A stretch of 64,000 nucleotides of DNA from Chloroflexota bacterium (GCA_022826725.1 JAJDUF010000021.1:41853-105852), one strand, 5' to 3'; counted from the stretch's first letter, positions 28,740 through 37,359 are shown. The notes: generated by a model not told the origin, from the sequence alone. Made by a program: numbers and translations.

Positions 28740-29614
28740 GCCATCCCGTCATCCTCGTCGCGGAGCTGACGATCCGCGAAGCTGCGCGTCGGCGCATTTT
28801 CCTGGCCATTATCCTGCTCAGTCTGCTGTACGTGGCGGTCTTTGGCCTCGGGTTCGGCTTCTTGATTCAGGAGGTTGCGCGGGAAGAGGCGGCCCAGCCG
28901 GCGACTGAAACGACACCGCAAGCCGCCATGCTGGTGCCGCCGATCATGACGACCCTGGGCATCTACGGCCTCAATCTCATGGCCGGTGGCGCAGCGCTGT
29001 TCTTGGGCGCCGGTACGCTCGCCGGTGAAGTGGCGTCGGGGCTGATGCAGGTGGTGGCGGCCCGACCGCTGCGCCGCGGCGACATCGTAGTCGGCAAGTG
29101 GCTGGGTCTGCTGGTCATTGCCACCCTCTACATGGCCGGCACGTTCGCGCTGCTGCTGCTCATCGTGTGGGTGCTGTCGGGTTACGTACCGCCGCTGCCG
29201 CTGCCGGCCGTAGGGCTGCTCGTGCTGGAGATGGCCTTGCTGCTCGCTATCGCTCTGCTCGGGAGCGCGCTCTTCTCCACGGTCACGAACGGCATCATCA
29301 TCTTCATGCTCTACGGCGCAGCCTGGATCGGCGGCTTCATCGAGCAGATCGGCGCGGCGTTGCGGAGCGACCTCATGGTCAACTTGGGTATCGTCGTGAG
29401 CTTGCTGGTGCCCAGCGACATACTCTGGCGGGCGGCCTCGTTCTACTTGCAGCCGTCCTGGCTGCTCTTGATGCAGAACGCGGCGGCTACCGGCACGGGA
29501 CTGCCGTTCACTGCAAGCACCCCCACCGCCCCGGCCATGCTGATCTGGGCCGGCCTCTACACTGTCGCAGCGTTAGGCGTCGCTATTGCCGTCTTCAGCC
29601 ACCGCGATCTGTAG
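28736..29614 (+). CDS. ABC-2 type transporter permease
   Basis: It shares an ATGA overlap with the ATPase gene and encodes a six-segment hydrophobic protein. Confidence 0.7.
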   Translation: MSHPVILVAELTIREAARRRIFLAIILLSLLYVAVFGLGFGFLIQEVAREEAAQPATETTPQAAMLVPPIMTTLGIYGLNLMAGGAALFLGAGTLAGEVASGLMQVVAARPLRRGDIVVGKWLGLLVIATLYMAGTFALLLLIVWVLSGYVPPLPLPAVGLLVLEMALLLAIALLGSALFSTVTNGIIIFMLYGAAWIGGFIEQIGAALRSDLMVNLGIVVSLLVPSDILWRAASFYLQPSWLLLMQNAAATGTGLPFTASTPTAPAMLIWAGLYTVAALGVAIAVFSHRDL

Positions 29615-29620
29615 CTGCGG

Positions 29621-29796
29621 ACCCACCCCCAATCCCGCACAAGGGTAGGTTCTTGCGTAGCGGCGCGCTGAATCGCGCCCCTCGCCCCGTCATTGCGGCG
29701 CAGGCCGCAATCCAGCACCCTCTCCCCCTGCGAGAGGACCGGGGTGAGGGCAGACCCCCCTCTCCACTCATGTGGAGAGGGGCCGGGGGTGAGGCG
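29621..29796. repeat. cluster of dispersed repeat modules (CACAAGGGTAGG module, GC hairpins, two tandem CCCTCTCC..GAGAGG..GGGGTGAGG hairpins)
   Basis: The modules are cacaagggtaggttcttgcgtagcggcgcgctgaatcgcgcc, attgcggcgcaggccgcaat, caccctctccccctgcgagaggaccggggtgaggg and cccctctccactcatgtggagaggggccgggggtgaggcg. Confidence 0.8.
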
Positions 29797-29799
29797 CAT

Positions 29800-30885
29800 C
29801 TACCCGACGGCGGCGAGGCGCTCGGCTTGGTCCGCTTGTGCGAGCACCGCGATGAGGTCGTCGAGGGCGCCGTCGAGGATGCCGGGCAGATTACTCGCCG
29901 TCAGGCGCACGCGGTGATCGGTCACGCGATCCTGCGGGAAGTTGTAGGTCCGTATCTTCTCGTTGCGGTCGCCGCTCCCGATTTGCGAGCGGCGGGCATC
30001 GCCGCGCGCCGCCGCTGCCTGCCGCCGCTGCCGGTCGAGCAGGCGCGCTCGCAGTACGGCGAGCGCCTTCACCCGGTTCTTGAGCTGCGAGCGCTCGTCC
30101 TGACAGGTCACCACCATGCCGGTCGGCCGATGGGTAATCCGCACCGCCGAATCGGTCGTATTCACGCTCTGGCCACCGTGACCCGATGAGCGGTAGGTCT
30201 CGAAAACGAGGTCCTCCGGGTCAATCTCGACCTCGACCGCCTCCGCGACCGGCAGCACGGCCACCGTGCTCGTGGACGTGTGGATGCGCCCGCTGGCCTC
30301 CGTCGTCGGCACACGCTGCACCCGATGCACGCCGCTCTCGTATTTGAACTGGCTGTAGACACCGCGCCCATTCACCTGGAAGATGACCTCTTTGTGGCCG
30401 CCGATCCCGGTTTCGTTGAGGCTCACGAGGTCCATCTTCCAACGCTGGCGCTCGGCAAAGCGGACGTACATGCGGTAGAGTTCGGCAGCGAACAGCGCCG
30501 CCTCCTCGCCACCCGTGCCGGCCCTGATCTCGACAATGACGGCCCGCTCGTCGTTAGGGTCGGGCGGCAGCATGGCCAGCCGCAAGTCGTGGGTAAGCTG
30601 CTCCACTCGCTCTTCCAACTCCGCGATCTCGTCGCTCGCCAGTTCGGATAGCTCCGGGTCGTCCGACTCCGCCAGCACCGACCGCGCCCCCTCCAGCTCC
30701 TCGTCGAGACGACGCAGGTCGCGGTACAGCGAGACCCGTTTCTCCAGCCGGCTCTGCTCTTGGCCGTATTCCCGCAGCAGCTTGGGATTGGAGAGCGTTT
30801 CGGGTGTGGTGAGCAGGCCCTCAAGCTCCGTGTAGCGGGACTGGAGCTGCTCCAGTTGATTAATCATGGGTGCCGTTGGCGGCAT
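29800..30885 (-). CDS. prfA: peptide chain release factor 1
   Basis: RVPTTEASGRIHTS carries the RF1-type PxT tripeptide and SGHGGQSVNTTDSAVRITH carries GGQ. The ATG at 30885 follows GAGG by 6 nt. Confidence 0.95.
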   Translation of the reverse strand: MPPTAPMINQLEQLQSRYTELEGLLTTPETLSNPKLLREYGQEQSRLEKRVSLYRDLRRLDEELEGARSVLAESDDPELSELASDEIAELEERVEQLTHDLRLAMLPPDPNDERAVIVEIRAGTGGEEAALFAAELYRMYVRFAERQRWKMDLVSLNETGIGGHKEVIFQVNGRGVYSQFKYESGVHRVQRVPTTEASGRIHTSTSTVAVLPVAEAVEVEIDPEDLVFETYRSSGHGGQSVNTTDSAVRITHRPTGMVVTCQDERSQLKNRVKALAVLRARLLDRQRRQAAAARGDARRSQIGSGDRNEKIRTYNFPQDRVTDHRVRLTASNLPGILDGALDDLIAVLAQADQAERLAAVG

Positions 30886-31146
30886 GATGAACCTCGCATA
30901 GGACGTGAGTGTTTGACCGGGGGCACGTGCCGCTGGCTAGGCCGCTAACCGGGCGCCGGGCTGGCCACGGCCGGGTTACGCACGGCGCCCGCCAGCGCAC
31001 GGCGGCTCCGCATCATCACCCCCTCGATGACTGCCGGCCCCCCATAGTTGGGGATCGAAGGCGCTGCCGTGCTCTCCATCGGTGGCCGTCCTCCCGGCCC
31101 AACACGCTCGCGACGCCCACGCCTCCGGCGTACTGCTCCCTACGTC

Positions 31147-31178
31147 AAAAGAAGGTAGGGCGGATCAACCCTACCTTC
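31147..31178 (-). terminator. rho-independent terminator downstream of rpmE
   Basis: The minus strand reads GAAGGTAGGG-ttgatccg-CCCTACCTTC (perfect 10-bp stem) followed by TTTT. It lies 23 nt after the rpmE stop. Confidence 0.75.
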
Positions 31179-31200
31179 CCCCATGGTGCGCGTCCGTGTG

Positions 31201-31464
31201 CTAACCGGCGGTGGCTTCGGCTATTTCGGCTGTCGCAGCATCGCTGGCCTCGGATCCCTCGGAGGTGAGGCCAAAGCGGCGGTGGAAGCGCTCGACCTGA
31301 CCGGCGGAGTCGACGATGCGCTGCTGACCGGTGAAGAAGGGGTGGCAGGTCGAGCACAACTCTACGCGGATTTCCGGCCGGGTCGAGCCGGTCGTCCAGG
31401 TGTTACCGCAGGAGCAAATGACCTTCGCGTCGTCATAGTAGCGCGGATGGATGTCCGATTTCAC
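31201..31464 (-). CDS. rpmE: 50S ribosomal protein L31 (Zn-ribbon type) with an acidic Ala-rich C-terminal tail
   Basis: VKSDIHPRYYDDAKVICSCGNTWTTGSTRPEIRVELCSTCHPFFTGQQRIVDSAGQVERFHRRF is present. The start is the GTG at 31464, and the upstream part of the track ORF was discarded. Confidence 0.9.
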   Translation of the reverse strand: MKSDIHPRYYDDAKVICSCGNTWTTGSTRPEIRVELCSTCHPFFTGQQRIVDSAGQVERFHRRFGLTSEGSEASDAATAEIAEATAG

Positions 31465-31617
31465 GCTGGTTACCTTTCGTCTCTTTCGTCCGTGCCTGCC
31501 CGGCGCTACCCGGCCGGAGGCGGCCCGCAACGGCAGCGCCGGAGCGAGCGCTGTACCACCGTAGTATACCACTGGCTGACAGCTGACGGCTGATTGCTAA
31601 TAGCTAATGGCCGATAG

Positions 31618-32397
31618 CTACCCCGGTGGGGTCAGCCGGTGCAGATCAACGACAAGCCGCTGTCCCAGGCCGGCAAACGGCACCGATTGGACAACATCGT
31701 CCCACCCGGCCTCGCGCAGCAGCGCCACGAAGCGGCCGCCGGCCTCCCGCCGCGGCTCGGCCAGCCACAGCCAGCCGCCCGGCGCCAGCAGTTGGGGCAC
31801 GAGCGCGGCGAGCGGCTCCACGTCGCGCCGCTCGTACAGCACGTCGGCGGCTAGGACTATGTCGTAGGGCGGCTCCAGCCACGCGCCGGGGTCGGGGCCA
31901 CGCCAGTTGCCCAGTTTGGTGACGAGCGAGACGCCGGCCAGCGCCTGCACATTGTAGGCGGCGAACGCCAGGGCATCCGGCTCGCAATCCACGGCGAGCA
32001 GCTCGGCACCGGCGACGAGCGCCGCCGCGGCGGTCAGCCCCAGGCCGCAGCCTAGTTCCAGCACCCGCTGCCCGGCGAGAGCGTCGGTCGTCAGCACGGC
32101 CTCGGCGAGCACCTGCCCGGCGGGCCAGAGCTGCGCCCAATAGGGCAGTCGGTCGTCGTCGTTGGGCTGGATCGCGTCAATGAGCGAGTCGGGATCGGCC
32201 GGTCCCAGCATGGACCACGAGCGCCCGCCGACTTGCACCGGCGTCCGCCCCAGCCGATAGCGCGCGGCGAGCCGATCGGGCGGCGCAGCCGCACCGTATA
32301 CTGCTGTCTTGGCGGGAGCCTCTGCGCGTCGCTCCGGTGCGGAGAGTGGACGGCCCCACAGGCCACGGCGCTTACGGGCCGCCTGCCGGCTACGCAT
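31618..32397 (-). CDS. class I SAM-dependent methyltransferase (Methyltransf_16 / protein-lysine MTase-like)
   Basis: WPAGQVLAEAVL...GQRVLELGCGLGLTAAAALVAGAELLAVDCEP...YDIVLAADVLYE are present. Confidence 0.65.
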   Translation of the reverse strand: MRSRQAARKRRGLWGRPLSAPERRAEAPAKTAVYGAAAPPDRLAARYRLGRTPVQVGGRSWSMLGPADPDSLIDAIQPNDDDRLPYWAQLWPAGQVLAEAVLTTDALAGQRVLELGCGLGLTAAAALVAGAELLAVDCEPDALAFAAYNVQALAGVSLVTKLGNWRGPDPGAWLEPPYDIVLAADVLYERRDVEPLAALVPQLLAPGGWLWLAEPRREAGGRFVALLREAGWDDVVQSVPFAGLGQRLVVDLHRLTPPG

Positions 32398-32427
32398 TGC
32401 TCAATCTGTCCCGCTGTCGTGGTACGT

Positions 32428-33501
32428 ATGGGCGTTCAACCACCAGCGTCAATCAGCCTCGAGTCGTCGCGTCTCCAGCGTGTTCACACCGACTTGCTGC
32501 GCTGGTATGAGGAACAGGGCCGCCGCCTGCCCTGGCGGCAGACGCGCGATCCCTACGCCATCCTAGTCGCGGAGATGATGCTCCAGCAAACGCAGGTGGA
32601 CCGTGTCATGCCGAAATACGCGGCGTTCCTGGCGGCGTTTCCGACGCTTGCTGCGCTGGCCGCGGCCTCGCGGGGCGAGGTGATCCGCCAATGGGCCGGG
32701 CTGGGCTACAACCGCCGCGCCGTGTACTTGCACCGCATTGCCCAGCAGGTCGTGGCTGACCACAACGGCAAGCTCCCAACTGACCCGGCCACCCTGCGGA
32801 CCTTACCGGGTATCGGCCGCTACACCGCCGCGGCCGTCGCCTGCTTCGCGGCGGAGACGCCTGTGGCGGTCTTGGATACCAACGTCCGCCGGGTGCTGGG
32901 ACGGGTCTTTCTGGATGCCTGGTTCAGCGACGACGAGCCGACGGAAACACCCCCGGAGCGTACCGGCTGGCTACTGGCCGAGGCCGCCTTGCCGCAGCGA
33001 TCTGCCTACGCCTGGAATCAGGCGCTTATGGACCTCGGCGCGACCGTCTGCACGGCCGCGCGCCCGGCGTGCCGCGTGTGTCCGCTCGCGCAGGTCTGCG
33101 CCTATCGCCGGCGGCGCTTGGCAACCACCGCGCTAGGCCCGCTCTTCGGCCGCGCGGAGTCTGAAGCTCCGGTGCGTCAGGCGGCAGAGGTAGCCGGGGA
33201 ATACCGAGCCGATGTGAATGACGATGCCGGCAGCGCGCCAAAGTCGGAGCCGTTTCAGGGCAGTCGCCGCTGGTACCGCGGGCGCATCCTGGCCAGCCTC
33301 CGGCCGCTGGTACCTGGGGAGACGATGACTCTCACCCGGCTCGGCCCGCAGCTCCGCGACGACTTTGCGCCCGACCATGTCGAGTGGCTGGCCGATCTCC
33401 TCCTAGCGCTGGTCAATGATGGGTTAGTGGAGTGCCACGGCGACCTACGCGACGCGGATAAAGACGCGCTGGCGGCCGTCGAGGTGGCGCTCCCGGCGTA
33501 A
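32428..33501 (+). CDS. mutY: MutY-like HhH-GPD / [4Fe-4S] adenine DNA glycosylase with a non-NUDIX C-terminal domain
   Basis: PWRQTRDPYAILVAEMMLQQTQV carries the MutY-type catalytic Glu context. GLGYNRRA, LPGIGRYTAAAV, LDTNVRRVLGRV and the FeS loop CTAARPACRVCPLAQVC are present. The C-terminal 110 aa (FQGSRRWYRGRIL...) do not look like the MutT-like domain. The start is the ATG at 32428. Confidence 0.7.
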   Translation: MGVQPPASISLESSRLQRVHTDLLRWYEEQGRRLPWRQTRDPYAILVAEMMLQQTQVDRVMPKYAAFLAAFPTLAALAAASRGEVIRQWAGLGYNRRAVYLHRIAQQVVADHNGKLPTDPATLRTLPGIGRYTAAAVACFAAETPVAVLDTNVRRVLGRVFLDAWFSDDEPTETPPERTGWLLAEAALPQRSAYAWNQALMDLGATVCTAARPACRVCPLAQVCAYRRRRLATTALGPLFGRAESEAPVRQAAEVAGEYRADVNDDAGSAPKSEPFQGSRRWYRGRILASLRPLVPGETMTLTRLGPQLRDDFAPDHVEWLADLLLALVNDGLVECHGDLRDADKDALAAVEVALPA

Positions 33502-33502
33502 G

Positions 33503-33850
33503 TAGTGGTCAGTTGCCGGTAGCTAGTGGTCAGCGGTTCGTCTCCCTGCGGAGCGGGGGGACCATAGGCTCACAGGGGTAGGTTTTTTGTAGGGGCGTGA
33601 TTCATCGCCCCCAGGCGCTGGTCATTGCAGCGAGAGCCGCCGTGCAGGGCCATGCATCGGCCCCGGTCCGAGCGTTACACCACCTCTCCACCATGTGGAG
33701 AGGTGACGGGCCAAAGCCGCACCACACCTGGCCCTATCCGTGTGGCTTTGGCCCGTCAGGGGGCCGGGGGGTGAGGTCGGCCCCGCCCGCGGCCCCCGCA
33801 GAAAAACTACCCTTGTGAGGGGACCATAGGGGGGCTTGCCGCTTGCAGGG
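33503..33850. repeat. largest cluster of dispersed repeat modules in the window
   Basis: TAGTGGTCAG occurs twice (33503, 33524). The gtctccctgcggagcggggggaccatagg module and the cacaggggtaggttttttgtaggggcgtgattcatcgcccc module are present. The cacctctccaccatgtggagaggtg hairpin, the gggccaaag...ctttggccc hairpin (33708-33754), ggggccggggggtgagg, and an inverted CACAAGGGTAG module (33799-33823) are also present. Confidence 0.8.
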
Positions 33851-33900
33851 AGGCTACCAGCGCCGAAAATGAGCCTGTGGTATAGTTGTATGGGCGCTAT

Positions 33901-33976
33901 GCCGAGATAGCTCAGTTGGTAGAGCACGTGACTGAAAATCACGGTGTCGGCAGTTCGATTCTGCCTCTCGGCACCA
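33901..33976 (+). tRNA. tRNA-Phe (anticodon GAA), CCA encoded
   Basis: GCCGAGA-TA-GCTC-AGTTGGTA-GAGC-A-CGTGA-CTGAAAA-TCACG-GTGTC-GGCAG-TTCGATT-CTGCC-TCTCGGC-A-CCA folds as a cloverleaf with a 7-bp acceptor stem and a GAA anticodon in a 7-nt loop. Confidence 0.95.
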
Positions 33977-33995
33977 TCCTCCCTACGTAAATGCT

Positions 33996-34030
33996 GGCCT
34001 CCGTGTTGTCACGCAGAGGCCGTTTGATTA
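33996..34030 (+). terminator. possible terminator after tRNA-Phe
   Basis: GGCCTCCGTG-ttgt-CACGCAGAGGCC forms an imperfect stem with one bulge, followed by GTTTGATTA. The T-tract is weak. Confidence 0.4.
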
Positions 34031-34084
34031 TCCTTGGCGGCCGGGTAACTCTCCTCCCTCTTGCGTCGCGCTGGCCACGCTTGC

Positions 34085-34747
34085 TCACTCTGCCGGCATC
34101 GTCGGTGCCGACTGTGCCCAACGAACGGCAAGGACGATGAAAAACAGTCCCATAGCGATCAGAAACGCGCCGGCCAGACCGATAATAACCCGATAGACCT
34201 CGGCGTCGAAGAGTTGCTGTCCGGCGCTGACGAGCAGGGCTATCGGCACGTACCAGCCGAAGTCGGCCATGATGTGGCCAACGTAAAAGGCACCTAGCCC
34301 CGCGGTCCCGTGGCGGAGCGCCAGGGCCGTGTAGCCGGCGCCGACCGTGACCCACCACAGCACCCAATAGGGATTGCTCACGCTCACGACAACGCCGGTG
34401 AGAATGGGCAAGGCCGCCGCCGAGGCCGTTTGCGTCTCGTCAAGGTGAACGGCGCCGATCCACGCGGATCGCGCGAGATCGCCGCCCAACACGAGGAGGG
34501 TGATGCCGCCGAGCGCCGCAATCGTCCGCAGGACTAGCGGGTTGCGGATTGCCCGTGCCAACCCCCGCGCCAGGGCCAGTACCGTGACTAGCTCCAGCAG
34601 GGCGTGTCCGAGCACGAGCAGCGGCGCCGTCCAGAAGCCGGTGCGGGCGACATCGCCAATCACCGCCGTCAGCAGGGGTCCCGGTGCGACGGCGCCGGAC
34701 AAGCCGACGAGCAGCGAGGTGGCGAAAAGACCCCAGAGCACTCTCAT
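34085..34747 (-). CDS. LysE/RhtB family amino-acid exporter
   Basis: LLVGLSGAVAPGPLLTAVIG is the characteristic N-terminal PGP motif. The protein has six hydrophobic segments. The start is the ATG at 34747. Confidence 0.8.
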   Translation of the reverse strand: MRVLWGLFATSLLVGLSGAVAPGPLLTAVIGDVARTGFWTAPLLVLGHALLELVTVLALARGLARAIRNPLVLRTIAALGGITLLVLGGDLARSAWIGAVHLDETQTASAAALPILTGVVVSVSNPYWVLWWVTVGAGYTALALRHGTAGLGAFYVGHIMADFGWYVPIALLVSAGQQLFDAEVYRVIIGLAGAFLIAMGLFFIVLAVRWAQSAPTMPAE

Positions 34748-34909
34748 CGTTGGTCCACAATCGGCTCTAGCGCGTTGGGTGCGCTGCCACAACGATACCG
34801 CACGGCAGCCCGGAATAAGAGCGTGCAGTGGCCGCTCACCTCGGCTCAGATAACCGACCGGTGGCTGCTAGAATGGCCGCGCCGCGTTGGCACATAAGGA
34901 GATAGCACA

Positions 34910-36097
34910 TTGACGAGCAACGATCCGCTGGGCATCGCCGTCGTGGGCTGCGGTGGGATGGCTGGCTCCCATCTGCGGGCCTACCGCGAGTTGGCGCAGA
35001 GCGCGCCGGGCCTCATCACGGTGAGCGCAACCTGCGACGTGGACGAGGCCCGCGCGCGCCGCGCCGCTGCCGAGGTTGCCGAGTTCCAGCCGGAGGCGCC
35101 GCGTATCTACACTGACTTTCGGCAGCTGCTCGACGAGCACCGGCCGGCGGCGGTTGATCTGGTCCTGCCGCACAACGTCCACCACACGTTCGTCGTCGAG
35201 GCCCTCGACGCTGGCGCCCACGTGCTGGTGGAAAAGCCGCTCGCCGTCAGTATGGCCGCGGGCCGGCGGCTCTTGGCGGCGCACGAGCGGGCGTGCCAGC
35301 GGTCGCCCGTTGTCTTGGCCGTGGCCGAGCAGTACCGGCGCCGGCTGGAAGAGCGGGCAAATTGCTGGGCTATCCGCGATGCGGGCCTCATCGGCGAGCC
35401 GCGGATGATCTTCTCACAGCGCGTAAATCTCAGCATGGGGCTGATCGTCGGCACCGCCTGGCGGCACGACCGCCTGCTGTCGGGCGGTGGCTGGGTGCTC
35501 GATGGTGAGGTGCATACGTTCGATCTCTTTCACTACCTGTTCGGTCGTATCGCGACGGTCTATGCCGCGGTCCGGACCTTCGAGCCGCTCCGCTACCAGG
35601 ACCCGCAGACACTTAGCGGCCCGACACCCTCCGACGTTGAGGACGCTGCGATAGCCGTGCTGACGTTCGAGAGCGGGCTGATCGCCAACTTCACCTGGAC
35701 CCAGGCTGCCCCGGGGAAGGAGTTCCAGCGGCGCCGCTACTACGGCAGCGACGGCTCGCTGGACCAGGACGGCCTGCACAAGCGCGATGGCACCGTTCTT
35801 AGCAGCGCCGAGCTACAAGAGCAGTTCCTGGCCTCGCTCACCCCGGAGCAGAAAGAGACTTTGTTTCCCTACGACACCCGAGACCCGGTCGTGGTAGAGA
35901 TCGTGGATTTCGTCCGCGCCGTGCGCGACGGTACCGCACCGGAGGTAGACGGCCGCGAGGGGTTGGCCGCGATGGCCGTGAGCGAGGCGTTGTACGAGTC
36001 GGAGCACGCCGGTACGCCGATCAAGGTCGCCGATGTCGAAGCCGGCCGCGTCCGAGCGGCACAGCACGACATTGACGCCCACTGGGGCTTGCTGTAG
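34910..36097 (+). CDS. Gfo/Idh/MocA family oxidoreductase
   Basis: The TTG start follows AAGGAG. LGIAVVGCGGMAGSHLRAY, DLVLPHNVHH and GAHVLVEKP are present. Confidence 0.85.
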   Translation: MTSNDPLGIAVVGCGGMAGSHLRAYRELAQSAPGLITVSATCDVDEARARRAAAEVAEFQPEAPRIYTDFRQLLDEHRPAAVDLVLPHNVHHTFVVEALDAGAHVLVEKPLAVSMAAGRRLLAAHERACQRSPVVLAVAEQYRRRLEERANCWAIRDAGLIGEPRMIFSQRVNLSMGLIVGTAWRHDRLLSGGGWVLDGEVHTFDLFHYLFGRIATVYAAVRTFEPLRYQDPQTLSGPTPSDVEDAAIAVLTFESGLIANFTWTQAAPGKEFQRRRYYGSDGSLDQDGLHKRDGTVLSSAELQEQFLASLTPEQKETLFPYDTRDPVVVEIVDFVRAVRDGTAPEVDGREGLAAMAVSEALYESEHAGTPIKVADVEAGRVRAAQHDIDAHWGLL

Positions 36098-36106
36098 CAC
36101 AGCGTG

Positions 36107-37264
36107 CTAACTGTCCCCGACCGCATGAAGGAGGCGGTGCAGCTTGGCGGCGCTGCGCTCCCAGGTAAACCGTGCGGCTTGCGCCGTCCCGCGCTCGATG
36201 AGCGTGGCGCGTAGCTCCGTGTCGCCGAGACAGCGGGATAGCGCCTCGGCTATGGCTTCCACGTCGGTTGGCTCCACCAATAGCCCGGCGTCACCGACCA
36301 CTTCCGGTACGGACGACACCGCCGAGGCCACGACGGGGCAGCGACAGGCCATCGCCTCGACACAGGGCAGGCCAAAGCCCTCGTAGAGCGAGGGGTAGGC
36401 GAGTGCGACCGCGCCAGCGTACAGCAGACGCAGCTCGCCGTCGTCAGCGTCCTCGATCAGCCGGAACGAGTCGGCCATTGCGTGGTCTTGCACTGCCTGC
36501 TCCACCTCGGCGTAGAGCCAACCACGCCGGCCGGCATGGACGAGCACGATGTCCTCGCCGGTCCACTCGTGGAGCAGGCGCACGGCGGCGATCAGCCGGG
36601 GCAGGTTCTTGCGCGGCTGGATCGTGCCTACCGAGAGGATGTAGGGACGGTCGAGGCTGCGCCGGCGGCGCATCGCTGCGAGCACGGCGGGATCGTCCAC
36701 CGGCCGGAAGATCGGATCGGCGGCCGACAGGAGCACGGCCGTCTTTTCCGCCGGGACACCTAGCAGCGCGATGGTGTCTTGGCGCGTGTGCTCCGAGTCG
36801 GCAAGCACCAACGCTGCGGCTCGCACGGCCCGGGGCACCGCCGCGGTGAGGAAGGCGACCAGGCCGGGGTCGTGCGTCTCCGGATAGCGCAGGAACGAGA
36901 GATCGTGGACTGTGACCACCCCTTTGGCATGTAATAGCGGCGGTAAGACGAAGTTCGGTGAGTAGAACACCGCGCTACCCGGGCTACAGAGGTCGGCCCA
37001 GAGAGGCACGCGCCAGCGATGCCACAGGACCGTCAGTAGGCGCTCCGGAATGGGCAAGCGCCGCAGCGTTACCGCCCCTCCGTCGCGGCGCGACTCCTCA
37101 TCTACACCTGCGGAGAGAGGAATGGCAGGTGCGGCTCCCGCATAGAGCAGGGTGTAGCCGTCGTCCGGCGCGGTATGGATGAGCGCCTGGACCAGAGATC
37201 GGGTGTAGCGACCAACACCGGCTATTTGCCGCACGGCTGGGGTGTAGTCAATGGCGATCTTCAC
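36107..37264 (-). CDS. family 4 (GT-B) glycosyltransferase
   Basis: VKIAIDYTP..., then EGFGLPCVEAMACRCPVVASAVSSVPEVVGDAGLLVEP carrying the E-x7-E motif. The start is either the GTG at 37264 or the GTG at 37282. Confidence 0.85.
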   Translation of the reverse strand: MKIAIDYTPAVRQIAGVGRYTRSLVQALIHTAPDDGYTLLYAGAAPAIPLSAGVDEESRRDGGAVTLRRLPIPERLLTVLWHRWRVPLWADLCSPGSAVFYSPNFVLPPLLHAKGVVTVHDLSFLRYPETHDPGLVAFLTAAVPRAVRAAALVLADSEHTRQDTIALLGVPAEKTAVLLSAADPIFRPVDDPAVLAAMRRRRSLDRPYILSVGTIQPRKNLPRLIAAVRLLHEWTGEDIVLVHAGRRGWLYAEVEQAVQDHAMADSFRLIEDADDGELRLLYAGAVALAYPSLYEGFGLPCVEAMACRCPVVASAVSSVPEVVGDAGLLVEPTDVEAIAEALSRCLGDTELRATLIERGTAQAARFTWERSAAKLHRLLHAVGDS

Positions 37265-37296
37265 AGCACATGTCTCGTACACAAGTCTCCGGCAGA

Positions 37297-37346
37297 CTCC
37301 CCCTCTCTATCGCCGAGCGATGGAGAGGGGGCCAGGTGGTGAGGCG
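37297..37346. repeat. dispersed hairpin repeat copy
   Basis: ctccccctctctatcgccgagcgatggagagggggccaggtggtgaggcg. Confidence 0.75.
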
Positions 37347-37359
37347 TACCCGGTCGCCC

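Noticed and set aside
29621-29796. Possibility that the recurring hairpin repeats form a CRISPR array
   Set aside because: The copies are scattered across the 64 kb in both orientations. They lack regular repeat-spacer periodicity, and no cas genes are present.
30909-31268. 119-aa plus-strand ORF between prfA and rpmE
   Set aside because: It runs through the rpmE terminator hairpin and into the rpmE coding region on the opposite strand, and its composition is R/P/H-rich.
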